64,000 nucleotides of DNA from Eremomyces bilateralis CBS 781.70 (Eukaryota): the NCBI GenBank assembly GCA_010015585.1, contig ML975157.1; one strand, 5' to 3'. This document shows positions 13,101 through 25,215 of the stretch, in pieces. Each line of letters opens with the position of its first letter. The stretch's first letter is position 1. Position numbers and translations under genes: made by a program. Under the pieces are notes generated by a model, which was not told the DNA's origin, did no database searches, and saw only the letters and a program-made list of their open reading frames with translations.

Positions 13101-14837
13101 GATGATGAGGATATGGACAAGGCCCGCGAGCTACTCGACCAGAACCTCAGCACGTTTGGCCTCACTGGATCGGACGAAGACCTCAAAGCTGCACAGGACG
13201 ATCACGAACCCCCTCCTCCGACCCATGCCATCGTGATCGACGGCGATTCGCTGAAGCTGGTCTTGGATGAGAGCTTGCGCCAGAAGTTCCTTCTTCTGTG
13301 CAAGCAATGTCGGGCGGTCCTTTGCTGTCGTGTCAGCCCGGCTCAGAAGGCAGAGGTTGTGGGCATGGTAAAGCATGGTTTGGACTGCCTGACCCTCTCC
13401 ATTGGAGACGGTGCCAACGACGTTGCGATGATTCAAGAAGCCCACGTCGGTGTCGGTATTACCGGATTGGAAGGACGGCAGGCGGCCATGTCGTCTGACT
13501 ATGCCATCGGCCAGTTCCGTTTCCTGACACGCCTGGTTTTGGTCCATGGACGGTGGTCGTACCGCCGAACTGCGGAGACAATCCTCAATTTCTTCTACAA
13601 GAACATGATTTGGACGTTCACTTTGTTCTGGTACCAGATATGGGCCGCTTTCGACACCCCCAACGTCTTCGACTATACCTACATCATCCTCTTCAATCTG
13701 GCCTTCACGTCCCTGCCGGTCATCTTCCTCGGCGTCCTGGACCAAGATGTGAATGACAAGGTTTCACTGGCCGTGCCTCAGCTCTATCGGCGTGGCATTT
13801 TGCGGAAGGAATGGACATGGTGGAAGTTTTGGTAAGTGACATGTTCGTAATGCAATAGTTTGCCAATGCTAACCATGAGCAGGAGCTACATGTTCGATGG
13901 CATCATACAGTCCGTCCTTATATACTTCTCAGCGTACCTCACCTTCGCCAACACGCCGTTCGTGACGGACAATGGGTTGGACCTTGCCGACACGAAACGT
14001 CTTGGTGTCTTCATTGCCACTGTCGCGGTTCTCGTCGCCAATCTCTATGTCGCTCTCAACACTTACCGATGGGACTGGCTCTTCATCCTCATTGTGGTCA
14101 TTAGTACCGTTCTCATCTTCTTCTGGACGGGGGTCTTCACGTCGGGCACGTTCTCCGGATTTTTCTACATGGGTGCCGCCCAAGTCTACGGTGCCCTGTC
14201 ATTTTGGGCGCAGACCTTATTGGCGGGAGTCATGTGCCTTATCCCTCGATTCACCGTGAAATATATCCAGAAGATCTATTTCCCACGGGACGTGGACATC
14301 GTCAGGGAGAAGATTCGTCTCGGAGAATTCGAGTATCTCAAAGAAGATGATTCCTTGATCCCCGCGGAAGCTGCGGATAAAATCCCTTCACTCTCATCCT
14401 CCGAGGGAGAAGGCAAGGCTGCGAAGCAGCCGAAACCGTCCATGCCGGAAGAAGAACGACCCATCTATCCTCCGTCGGTTGCCCCCACCGCCACAACTAC
14501 CAATAACCCACACAGCCAAAGTGGTAGCGATGGCACTGACTTCACCGGCCACTCACATTCACGACATCCTTCGTCGTTCGAGCGTATCCCCGCTCTGCCG
14601 GGGCATATAACCAGCGGGGCACGACTATCGCCGCGGTCGTCGATCGAACCCCAACGGCGGTCCTTCGACCGGGCGCGACAATCAATGGATCGAGTACGGC
14701 CCAGCTTCGAGGCGAGCCGCGATTTCACATCCGCGGCCTTGTTGGCTCGCATGGAGTCGAGTCAGTCCGCAGAAGAGTCGGCTGTGACGCCGACCACGAG
14801 CCACCGAATGCGCGATATCTCTGAGACGATGAAATAA
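10175..14837 (+). CDS. DNF1: P4-ATPase phospholipid flippase, Dnf1/Dnf2 (DnfA) type (introns 10607-10658, 13832-13882)
   Basis: DGET actuator motif, PISL in TM4, DKTGT phosphorylation site, KGAD, TGDK and GDGAND motifs. The TM1 'GA' dipeptide (ILG|AFPIF) and TM4 Gln (FQN) match Dnf1/2 rather than the Drs2 QQ type. Confidence 0.95.
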
Positions 14838-15507
14838 AGCTGACGAATGCGCGCCATCGGTAATTAGGAGACGGGTGGTCCGTGACGCGGATGGTTGGAA
14901 CGGCTGTTTCGTGCAGCAACTTAAAAATCTCGACTAGGATCGCTCTTGTTCGATCCCAAAACACCTTGGAAGTTTCTTGCTTGCAAGGTATTTATTCCGA
15001 AATATTTGCACGGCGTTTTTATAAGGGATATGCGGCTGAACGCTCGGCCTTTGCGACACACGGTCTGGTTTTGGGTTCCTTTGAAGCCTAATAGCGGTGT
15101 TTTCTGCTTGCCTCGTCTTTTCACTGCATTGTTCCGGGAGGGAGTCGTGGGACGGCTGCCGCCGCCTCAAATGAGAGGAAGTTTTAAGGGAGGGCGAAGC
15201 CGATCGAAGGTCCGAGCATGGTTGACCAAGGGGCACGACTTTATCTTGTCGGTTTTGGGACACGGTCATAGAAAGATACGTCCAGTAATTTCGTCCACTC
15301 CAGCGATTTGTCTGGAGTTGTGTACAGTACATATTTTCTATGTGAATAACAACATTGTCCTTGTATCAGCGAAAACGTAGATCTTGCATGTTTTGATTTG
15401 GTTGGAGTGACCCTTGATGTTTAATCTGTCTAGCGGTCGTATCATGATGGCTCTATTTTTTATTATAGAAAACCGGAATATCCAAAGTGAAATCCGTCGC
15501 GTACGTT

Positions 15508-17507
15508 CTATGCCGGTGGATGATCGTTCAAGTTATGTAGACTGATATCTTGACTCTCTCCTCGTATCCGAACTTCTTGCGGCTGCTCCTTCGTCCTCTC
15601 TGACAACACGCAGGTCGCCACCGAATTATCCGGACCTTTCACGCCGTTCGTTCCGTTGACTCCTTGGCTCTGGACGTCGTCGTCCACATCGGCCGGGATG
15701 ATATCCCCCTGGCTATCGACCTGGACTCCCTGCGCCGTCATGCGCACCTCCTTCTCGCCCGCGACGCCGGCCATGACGGCCTGCTTCGCCGAGTCCATCA
15801 CCTTCATCTTCCGCGTCTCGCCCCGGATGCGTTCGAGGTGCTGGAAGTAGTCGGCCGGGACTGGCGTGATGTATCGTCCGCTGAAGACGCCATCTTCGAA
15901 GTCTTGCTCCGCTCGAGGCGACAGTTCGGCGCAGGCGGAGCGGAGATCCGAGAGCTCCTGGTAGATCACCGCGTCGGCGCCAATGTGATCGGCGACGTCG
16001 AAGCGGGTACGATGGTGCGCGACGAGCTCGGTCGCGGAGGCGAGGTCGATTCCGTAGATGTGAACATTTCTACATGATTAGTTATCGTAAACGAGAGTGC
16101 GCAGGGACGAGTTTGAGAACGAACCTGATCATAGGCGCGCAGCTTGTGAAGTAAACCTTCTTTGCACCGGCCTCGCGAGCCATCTTAACAATTTCTCGGC
16201 TCGTGGTACCGCGAACAATACTATCATCCACGAGAAGCACATTCTTTCCCTCGAACTTCTTCTTCATCGGGTTCAGTTTCGCGCGGACGCCTTTTTGCCT
16301 TAGTTTCTGGTTCGGCATGATGAAAGTGCGGAATATGTATCTAACACAGATGTCAGCACTTGCCCATACGCAGGTAGCATGTGTTGGTGTACCTATTCTT
16401 CACAAATCCCTGGCAAAACTCTATCTTCAATGCTTCCGCCACGCAGTGAGCGGAGGTCACAGATGTTTCCGGAATCGGCATCACAACGTCCACGTCGGCA
16501 AGTTCCTCTGGTGACAATTGCCTCTTGATGGTCTCGGCAAGCTTGAAACCCATGTTTCGTCGTGCCTCGTCTACATCAATACCATCGATGGTGGTGTCGG
16601 GCCTTTTCAATTAGCATCGCTTCACGGCCATGGCCCATTCCAAGGACTCACCGAGCAAAATACACGTATTCAAAAATATCCGGAGCATACGCCAACTGCT
16701 CGAAGACTTGTTTGTAGACCGGGTCTTTCCCTTTCTCAATGATGACCGCTTGTCCGGGTAATATGTCGCGAAACTCGGTGTAGCCACATTGGACCAAAGC
16801 GACAGACTCTGATGCCATCATGTAGTCCTTCCCCTCGCCATTTTCGGAATCCTTCCACCCCAGGACCAGTGGCCTGATCCCATAGGCGTCGCGAAAGCCG
16901 AGCAGCCCAAAGCCTATGCGGTCAGTTGTAGTTCCATACTAGAAGTGTACACCGTAACAAGCGTACCAGCAATCATGGCCGTACAGGCCCAGCCTCCATC
17001 GCAGCGGTTGTAGGTCCTCTCCAGAGCCGAGAAGCAGTCATCGGCATTGACACGGGCTTTCCCGGTGATGTTGAGCTCGCTAGCAAAGATATTGAGCATG
17101 ATCTCGCTGTCGCTCTCGGTGTTCACATGGCGATGGGCCTGTTGATCCAAGAACCTCCTCAGTTCGGCAGCATTGATCAAATTCCCGTTGTGCGCAAAGC
17201 ACACCCCATACGGGCTGTTCACGTAGAACGGTTGTGCCTCCGAATTGGCACTGCTCCCTGCAGTGGGGTATCTCAAGTGGCCCAAACCCATGAAGCCGGG
17301 GAGATCTGCGACTCGGGCGCCATCGTGGAAGACTCGAGATGCCATGCCATTTCCCTTGCACTGGTATATGCGGCCCCCGGAGCCGCAGACGGCGATTCCA
17401 CAAGCATCCTGTCCGCGATGTTGTAGGAGATAGAGCGCATCGTGGATCTCGACGGCGGCGGCGGTGGAGGACGTGTCCGCATGGATGACTGCGATGATAC
17501 CACACAT
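15508..17507 (-). CDS. ADE4: Amidophosphoribosyltransferase (multi-exon)
   Basis: N-terminal MCGI (Ntn-glutaminase Cys), [26 protein letters not shown] and the PRPP-binding [14 protein letters not shown]. Confidence 0.96.
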
Positions 17508-19222
17508 GGTGCGACGTTGGAGGGTTCAGTGCCGAGAGAATACCTAGGGAAAAGTACTTAAAAGTACCTATATTTGTTAGCCGTCGGCTCTTGATATACC
17601 AGGGAGCAATTTTCGGGTCGTTTGCATGATCTGACGTCAAAACGAAGCCCCCATGCTACTACGCATAATTTCTTCATCAAAGCCCATCTAACTGGCGCAT
17701 GCTCTCGTACTTCGCCGTCGTCATTTGGCCGAAGAAGACACAATTGCGGGGAAGATGGAAATTATACACACTTCTTGATGCGATCCGCGCTTTGGACTTC
17801 CTTATCGTTGACGTTTCGAGAGAGGGGTTTCTCCACGGTCTGAAGCTGATGGGGATGGAAATGAGCGGATTATGAATGTTCCTAGGGAACTTTTCCGTTT
17901 GATGGAGGGCATGTAGACTGCCCGGATACTGACAGGCGCTCGAGCATGTTGTCAAGTAATTTTAAGAGAAACATGATGGGTCAAGTGGCGATAGTGAAGA
18001 CTACCACTAGGAATTGAAGCGGCTTTCTGGTTATCGTCCGGTCCAAGGGACCGACCCGACCCAATGCCGTCGGCTGTATCTGAGGCGAAACGAATCTATC
18101 ACACCGATACCGCAAGTACCTACAGTCTACTCCGTACGGAATACTTAATTCTTAAGGTCCTGGTGGGGGCAGGACATGGATCAGTCAGCATCTGGGCAAC
18201 ATTTCATCCGTATTACCCGTATTCGGGTATTCCATACCATAATATCCTGCTTCATCTTTTCTTCACGTTGATAGTGTCATCCATACAACGCTCCATCTCG
18301 ATAAAGCGATCCGTATGATTCAATGAATAGCATCCTATTAGTAACGCCTGAATAAAGTCGACTTCACAGACAAGGCTTGCTCGTGGGGATGCATAAACTA
18401 TGGGATGTTGGGCGGAGAGGCAACACATGCATGAGATGGCCTGGAGGACTCATTGCATGATGCTCTCTCAATGCCATAATTCTGTCTGATCAGTACTGGT
18501 ATGATGAGTATTGGTGCATTTTACAATTGTATCAGCGCCGCTTCCTTCATACAAGTAAATTTCACTTTAGGCACTGTCTCTCTCTACACTATTTTCTGCT
18601 CGAGGTCAATCTCTCCATCTCCTCACCTCAGTTCATGATACTTCCTCACAGTTCCATCTCACTCACTCATCCCCCTCTAACGTCAACTTTCCATGAACTT
18701 CCAAGGGATCACCTTAAGGCACTACATTATCTATGCTTTCAAGTCATCTGAAATTCAGTTGACAACTCCGAACTTGGACTTTTCATGGTCCATACTCTGG
18801 CGCTGTGCTGACAAGTAGTGAAAGTCTCCTTATTCACTTCGCACTTGCTTTCGTCTACAAATTCTCACTTTTCAGTCTAAATCCAAGGACCGAATACGCT
18901 CGATTTCTCGCGTTGCTCAAATCGCTTTCACTTTCACTGATCGGACCTTGCTCATTCAAACAGTCGGTTTGATGGTGATATCGCTTCAAACAGGTCAACA
19001 TCTTTCTTCTCCAATTAACTAGAACATTCCACCTTCACTTCTGATCGGGAATCGTCTTCTCCTTCGTTGCTGATTCCACGAACACCAAAGCCTTTGTACT
19101 GCGCTTCAAAGACTTCCCGACCAGCCTTCTTTTAGTGGAGGTAATAAACACACCACATCGTCTCTGTCCATCTTGGTACTTACAATGCTCAGGAAAAAGT
19201 TCTAAACACGCTTGAAGTCATC

Positions 19223-21587
19223 ATGATGGTACAAGATTATGAAGAGCGAGGCAAGTGTTGGACATATGTATAAATTGCCGCTCACCCTATTCTGACTAGT
19301 TCCAGGGACATCCGACGTTGGTGTCGATTTCGACGTCGCTTTTGGCGATGACGAAGATTTCGACATTGATCTCAGCCTCATCCTCGACCACGATGATGAT
19401 CGGTTCGACGAAGATGTCCGTGAAGTGCCCGCTGATAATTTCTACACGGTGCACGAGAACTCTCTGGTTCAGCCGCCAAAAGAACTCAAGCCACGACGTC
19501 GACTCGAAGAGGCCAAACATCAAATTCCGTCGGCAGAATGGTTTGACGTGAACCTACACCAAGGAGTCATCGTGGAGTTTTGGAAGGACGCGATCACCAA
19601 AGCGGATCAGCTCCCAGAGGATAAGTTCGGGACACGAGATGAGAGATCTGGAGGAGATATTCTTCTGGTGACCGCGGTCACCATGGAACCCAAGAAAGGA
19701 GGTCGCTTCTTAAGAGGCCTGCGTCTGCGACGTACTCGTTACTTCCACACTGCTTTACTTCGATATCCCAACGAAGTATGCTTGGTGGCAAAGATAAGCC
19801 AGGACGATCCTCGACCATTTTGGGTGCAGGGCGAAATCGAAGTGCCCATTGATGATGACAGCATCATTCAGGTTCGAGATATGATGTTCACGGATTCGGA
19901 ATACCCTTCACTGTCTGTTCCACAACTCTACCGGCGAAAGACGGATGTCCAGAACGATCCTTTGATCTGCCGCTATGTTTGGCTGCATATCTTCCCGACA
20001 GACACCCAACGCACCAAAGCATCCGAGAAGCCTCGCGAAGGAGTGGTGAGAAAAATCACCCAGGCAGACTGGGGCAACATTCGATCTCGGCTTCAAAAGG
20101 AGACGGCTTCCCACAATCAGGACGGCATGGATATGGTCCAGATGGGTAGAGTCGAACAGACTGCCCAGGAGACGATCGAAAGTCAAGTGGCGAAACTGAA
20201 GGTCGCCCAGGGTACCACCAAAGCGTATATATTTGGGGATATCTTCTGTGGTGCTGGAGGCGCTTCTCGCGCTGCAAAAAGAGCTGGGCTTCGGATCAAG
20301 TACGGCATCGACAATGAGGTCAACGCCTGTTCGGCCTACAAGTTGAACTTCTCGGAGGCCCAAGTCTACCATAACGATATCCAACAAATCCTCTCTGAAA
20401 GGGTCGACCTCCGTGCGGACATCATCCACATATCATTCCCTTGCCAGTATTTTTCCGCGGCGCATACGACACTCGGTGTCAACGACGATATGAACAGCGC
20501 CGTTCTCTTGTGTTTGGGGGATGTGCTTAAGAAGACACAGCCACGACTCGTCACATTTGAAGAAGCGCCAGGGCTATACAATCGACATAAGCTCTACTTC
20601 TTTTTCGTACTTGGGGCTTTCCAGAAGCACGGTTACAGCGTCGCGTACAAAGTGATCAAATTCATGGATTATGGGCTCGCCCAGAAGCGCGAGCGATTGA
20701 TACTTTTCGCAGCGGCCCCAGGTGTGCCTCTTCCACGATTCCCCAATCCCACTCGTGGGTGGGAGAACGAGCAAAAGCGGCCAGCGACCCTTGATGACGT
20801 ACTTGGTGGTCTCTCTGACTGGGAGATGAAGCCTAACGATCCTCTCCACGAGCCAAGGAAGACAAGGAAAATGGATTGTTTGCCCTTCGATCGAAAACTC
20901 CATCGATGCCTGGGGTGTATCACGACCAGTGGCGGTCTCGGCAATCTCCACCCATGCGGGAAACGAACCTACACCCTGAGGGAATACGCAAGGATCCAAG
21001 GCTTTGGAGACGCCCATCAGTTCTACGGCGCGCGTCGAGACATGCTTCGGCAAATCGGCAACGCCGTCCCCCCCAAATGTTTCAAAGTCTTTTTCGACGA
21101 ATGCATCCGGACATTGACAGACGTTGACGATGGTAAACATGGTAACGTACGTTGCTCGCCGTACGAGTCTGGGAGCTGGACGGGATTGAACGCCTTTGAC
21201 TCCGCCGCACTGCCGTCCAATGAATCATTTCTGAGACTGGGCAGCCGCGATTTCGTGCGGAGAGATACCCGGAGCTCTTTGTTCAACCGCCATAGGTCAA
21301 GGACATTGTCGCCTCAACCTCGATTTCAAGACCGACGCGGTGATCGTGTGAGACGACGCTCTCCTGATGTTGGGAGATATGTTGGTAGCTCCAATCGCCA
21401 TGACGATGCTGGGAGGACTGCTGATAGCTCCAGTCGCCATAATGATGTTGGGGGGCGTGCTGGTAACCCCAGGGGCCATGACGATACTAGGAGACGTGTG
21501 GTGGACCTAACCCTTGATGATCCTGAGCGCTCTCCCGTAGCTGACGACGAGTTGGCCGGCTGGGAAATCGTTACCGCGGGTTTCTGA
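19223..21587 (+). CDS. rid: RID/Masc1-family C5-cytosine DNA methyltransferase-like protein (RIP defective)
   Basis: Motif I DIFCGAGG, motif IV HISFPCQYFSAAHT, motif VI TFEEAPGL (non-ENV, Masc1/RID type), motif VIII QKRERL, motif IX TLREYARIQGF, motif X QIGNAVPP. The frame is open upstream of the ORF-track start to ~19300 and joins a short exon 19223-19250 through a proposed GC-AG intron, so the start is less certain than the family call. Confidence 0.9.
21388..21504 (+). repeat. Degenerate 39-nt coding tandem repeat (3 copies plus a partial upstream copy) in the RID tail
   Basis: Copies start at 21388, 21427 and 21466: gctccaatcgccatgacgatgctggg / gctccagtcgccataatgatgttggg / accccaggggccatgacgatactagg, translating SSNRHDDAGRTAD / SSSRHNDVGGRAG / NPRGHDDTRRRVV. 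Confidence 0.85.
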
Positions 21588-21847
21588 AACTCCTCTGTCT
21601 TCATTCTATCTCAGACGCGAGTGGGGCTGTCGATGGGGGATGGTGGGGCTGTTGATGCACTGCGTGGATGATTTGGGTGGCCCTCGACTCAGTGGCTGCT
21701 CTATTATGATGATGACCTAGGAGGTCACTCAACAAGCGAACGCCTGGCTTCTCAGCAATGCTTCCATTTTTCATACGCATACTTATGAGGACCCAACACA
21801 GTCCAACAGTACATAGCAATGCACTAATTACATGTTCGTAGTTCAGC

Positions 21848-22687
21848 TCACTGCCGTGTTCCTTTCACAAACATGGCCTTGCGGTTCATAGTGATATCCT
21901 GGAACTCAATCTCCAAATTTCCTTCCAGCTCAAACTCGCTCGTATCAACCATACCAACGTCTTTCATCAAAGCGGAAATTTCGCCTTTCTCAAAACCTGT
22001 CTTGTGCATTGTTGCGCGAAGTTCGGTCGTGGACTGGTTGTGGCGTTTGGCAAACGCCTCCATGGTGCTCTCATCCACCTCCCCTAGGAAGTCGATGATC
22101 AAAAGGATGCCTCCAGGCTTCAGCCTCTCCTGCAAGCGTTGAATTCCCAGCTTGTAGTCACTGAAGTGGTGAAACGCGAACCCAACAGCGACGATGTCGA
22201 AGCCGGTAAACTCAGGGGTGGCAGCAGGGACGGCATTGGGAGCAATCAAATCGCCTTCGACGGCCTTCGTTTCTGCAGGAAGGTTTGTCGAAATGAGCGA
22301 GTTGTATTTCTCGACCGATTTGGGGGAGATATCCTAGGATTTCTCGCTTAGTTTCCTATGCTCAGGGAATTATATCCGGGAGGGATGACTTACGATGCCT
22401 CGAATTTGCCCCACATACGGTGCCAGTGCCTAGTAAAACCTCAGTATATGCTTCCATATAGAGTATGCCAGCATATTTACCCTAGTGATAGTGCCGGTGC
22501 CACAGGCATAGTCCAGAAGACGAATTGGTCCCTGTGAGTCTTCACCCAGATCAAGACCAAGCCACTGTCGCTTCTCAACCAAAAAATTGGTAATATTCAA
22601 CTCTAGCTTTTTTTGCCATGGCTTGAGATCATACTCCGCTACCATTTTATCGAAGAATGCACGGTTAGCGTCCTGAATTGATGCCAT
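21848..22687 (-). CDS. Class I SAM-dependent methyltransferase (3 exons)
   Basis: MASIQDANRAFFD start, motif I RLLDYACGTG, GI|DIS acidic motif across a splice junction, FDIVAVGFAFHHF and LKPGGILLIIDF. Confidence 0.88.
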
Positions 22688-23640
22688 TTTTAGGGAAGCG
22701 GGCTCGACGTTTAGAAGGTAAAATGAGGAAATGTTGACTTGTTGTTGGATGTCGACGGGACACATTGGAGCTGCTATCTCATGTCATATATATATACGCA
22801 GTGATCTGCTCTCTGTTGATCAAAATATGTACTCTTTACTGTTGGGCACTGAATTGGACTGACGGCAGCTTCTCGCGATCCAAATCGGGTTAGCGTCGCC
22901 GAATTTCCGGGGACATGGCCGCACACATTTCGGCGACCAATCGGTTGGCTATGCAGGCTAATCAGCCAATCAACAGATGGCGTGGAGTTTTCGGAGACTT
23001 GGCGATCTGCAGTCTCAGATTCGGAGATTCAGTTTGCACTCTCCAGGTTAGATTATTACGCGTCGATTACACACGATGCAACTTGGTCGGCTTCACGGGT
23101 TGATCTTCTAGATGGTTCTTCTGAGAAGAGCTCTGAATGTTTGCTAGGACTGGAGCATTATCCCTTTCATCTGCCCTTAAAGGGGCATACAATCGCGAAG
23201 TGGCCATCCGTGTACCCTCCTCGCCCTATCCGCCGCGCTAGCCCTTGGAGCGATGGTTTGGACCGAACGAAATGGTTTGCGAGTTCATCTTCACTGGACT
23301 ACGACATGGTTCTAAGGAATTCGAAAGGTCTATAATCTGCTAGAACTCTTTTTTATTTTAGTCTTGCATCTCATTGTTCCTCTGCTTTTGCGATTTTGTG
23401 TTGTCTCCTTTCAAGCAAACGGCTCTAACACAGCAAACCAGATAGGGACTATAGAAACCCCTTCATGTTGAAAGCGTTGGCCTGGTGCCTTCATCGCCCT
23501 CTTGAGTTGCAAAATTTCCTTCCCACTTCTTGCCTACCGGACTCAAGGTGACTGAATTTCCACCTCCTCACCTGACCACTCACATCCGTCTATCGCGTGT
23601 TGAACGACGTAAAGCGAACGTGGGTCAGATCTCGGAAGCA

Positions 23641-24801
23641 ATGGCGTCCCAGAAGGGCAAAAATGTCACTTTCCCCGGTTCGGACAAGTACAGTGACCTA
23701 AAACTGAAGTGTGGAGGCAAAGTTTTCAACGTTCATAAAGTGATCGTTTGCACCCAGTCTGAGGTCCTCGCTGCGGCCGTCGACGGGACCTTCAAGGTAG
23801 ATCTTCTTCGTGAAGCTGACTTCATCCCTAGTCCCTCGGAGCAGATCACTCACATATCACAGGAATCCACCACAAACGAAGTCGAAGTGACTGAATTTGA
23901 CGCTCAGACGTTGTATAAGATGATCGACTTCATGTACAACAAGGATTACCAAGAACAGCAAGAAATAGAAAAAGAAACAGGTACATCGCCAAACTTCTTC
24001 CAACTCTTTTTACCTTGCTTAGATTAACTGTGTCTCCTAGAAACACATCTACTCTCATACTCAGATGGAGTCCCGGTAGTTTCAACACCTTTAGAAGCCG
24101 CACTTGAGCTGCTCGAGTTTGAGAATGAGGAAGAGCCTGGGAATGAGGCAGAGACAGAGAGCGAAACAGAGCCTGAGAACAAGACAATTCTGACTGCAAG
24201 GCTTCTCGAGCATGTCAAGGTCAACGCAATAGCGGACTACTATTTTGTCTCTGATCTCAAGGCCCTGGCCAACGCGAAGATCATGGAAATCCTCGAGAAA
24301 CAGTTTTCTTGCGAAGCGTTTGTTGCGGCACTGAACTACGCCCTCAAGTCGACCACGGACAAAGCATTGAGAGAGATTCTAGGGACATCAGCGGCCCTCC
24401 ATATTGATGAGTTTATGCAAGACAGCTGGCTGGGGAATGCAGACTTTTTTCTGAGCATCTTGGTGTCTAAGTTAGTCGAGGCAGCAGCACGAGAGAGAGA
24501 GGGTCTCGAGAACATCATTCAAGACCAAGATAGTGCCTTAAAAGCCGAAATGTCCTCCCGTTCCAAGGCAGAGGATGATATGACACAGCGGTTACTAGAA
24601 GCACAGAACGCGCGTGATTCTGCACTGATACGAGCAGACGAAATCCAGAAGAGCTGCAGGGAGGCGATGGGTATGCTCACCCGGCGGCAGTGCCGCAATG
24701 GTAGCTGTAATGCGGAATTCCCTTGTTATTTTGAAAAGATATCGTCTTCCAGTCCACGATGGATCTTACGATGTAGTCGATGCAAATGCAAGCATGTCTA
24801 A
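23641..24801 (+). CDS. BTB/POZ-domain protein with C-terminal coiled coil and Cys/His cluster (introns ~23797-23862, 23981-24040)
   Basis: YSDLKLKCGGKVFNVHKVIVCTQSEVL and MIDFMYNKDY are BTB hallmarks, followed by HVKVNAIADYY..DLKALA. C-terminus CRNGSC...LRCSRCKCKHV. Confidence 0.88.
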
Positions 24802-25215
24802 TGAAGTGCAGAACGGGAACATGGCTCGCAGTTATGCATTCAGCGCAGGCGTCAACTATGGCTGTCATGGCGATACAGTGTGGAGGGCTGCCAGCCTGCA
24901 ATAGGCTGAATTGAGAGACACCCTCTTGAAGCAGGGATGAAAGATTAATAGATTATCAGGAATTCTGGACAATAATGAAGGGGCATTTTAATGTAGTGGC
25001 CAAACAATTCACGTGAGTCAAAGATAGTATTGTTGCAAGTTCACGTCACTCCTGAGTTCCGCTTTTCCCGTAACCGTAATTGTGTTGGTCGATTGAACAC
25101 TCTCAGTTAACTTGGCAGCGAAACACCAATCTGCGCAGCGTTGCGACTTCAATAGCAAAACGGTCAAAGTCTATCGACCTATGTACAAGCCGACTTCCAT
25201 CTCATAAGGTTCATT

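Noticed and set aside
11322..13745. Long antisense or alternative-frame ORFs over DNF1 (also over areA, RQT4 and the Zn2Cys6 gene)
   Set aside because: Expected shadow ORFs of GC3-rich coding sequence, with no independent motifs.
19296..21587. Premature stop needing A-to-I editing in rid, as reported for some Sordariomycetes
   Set aside because: The reading frame is uninterrupted, and the upstream TGA/TAG fall within the predicted intron.
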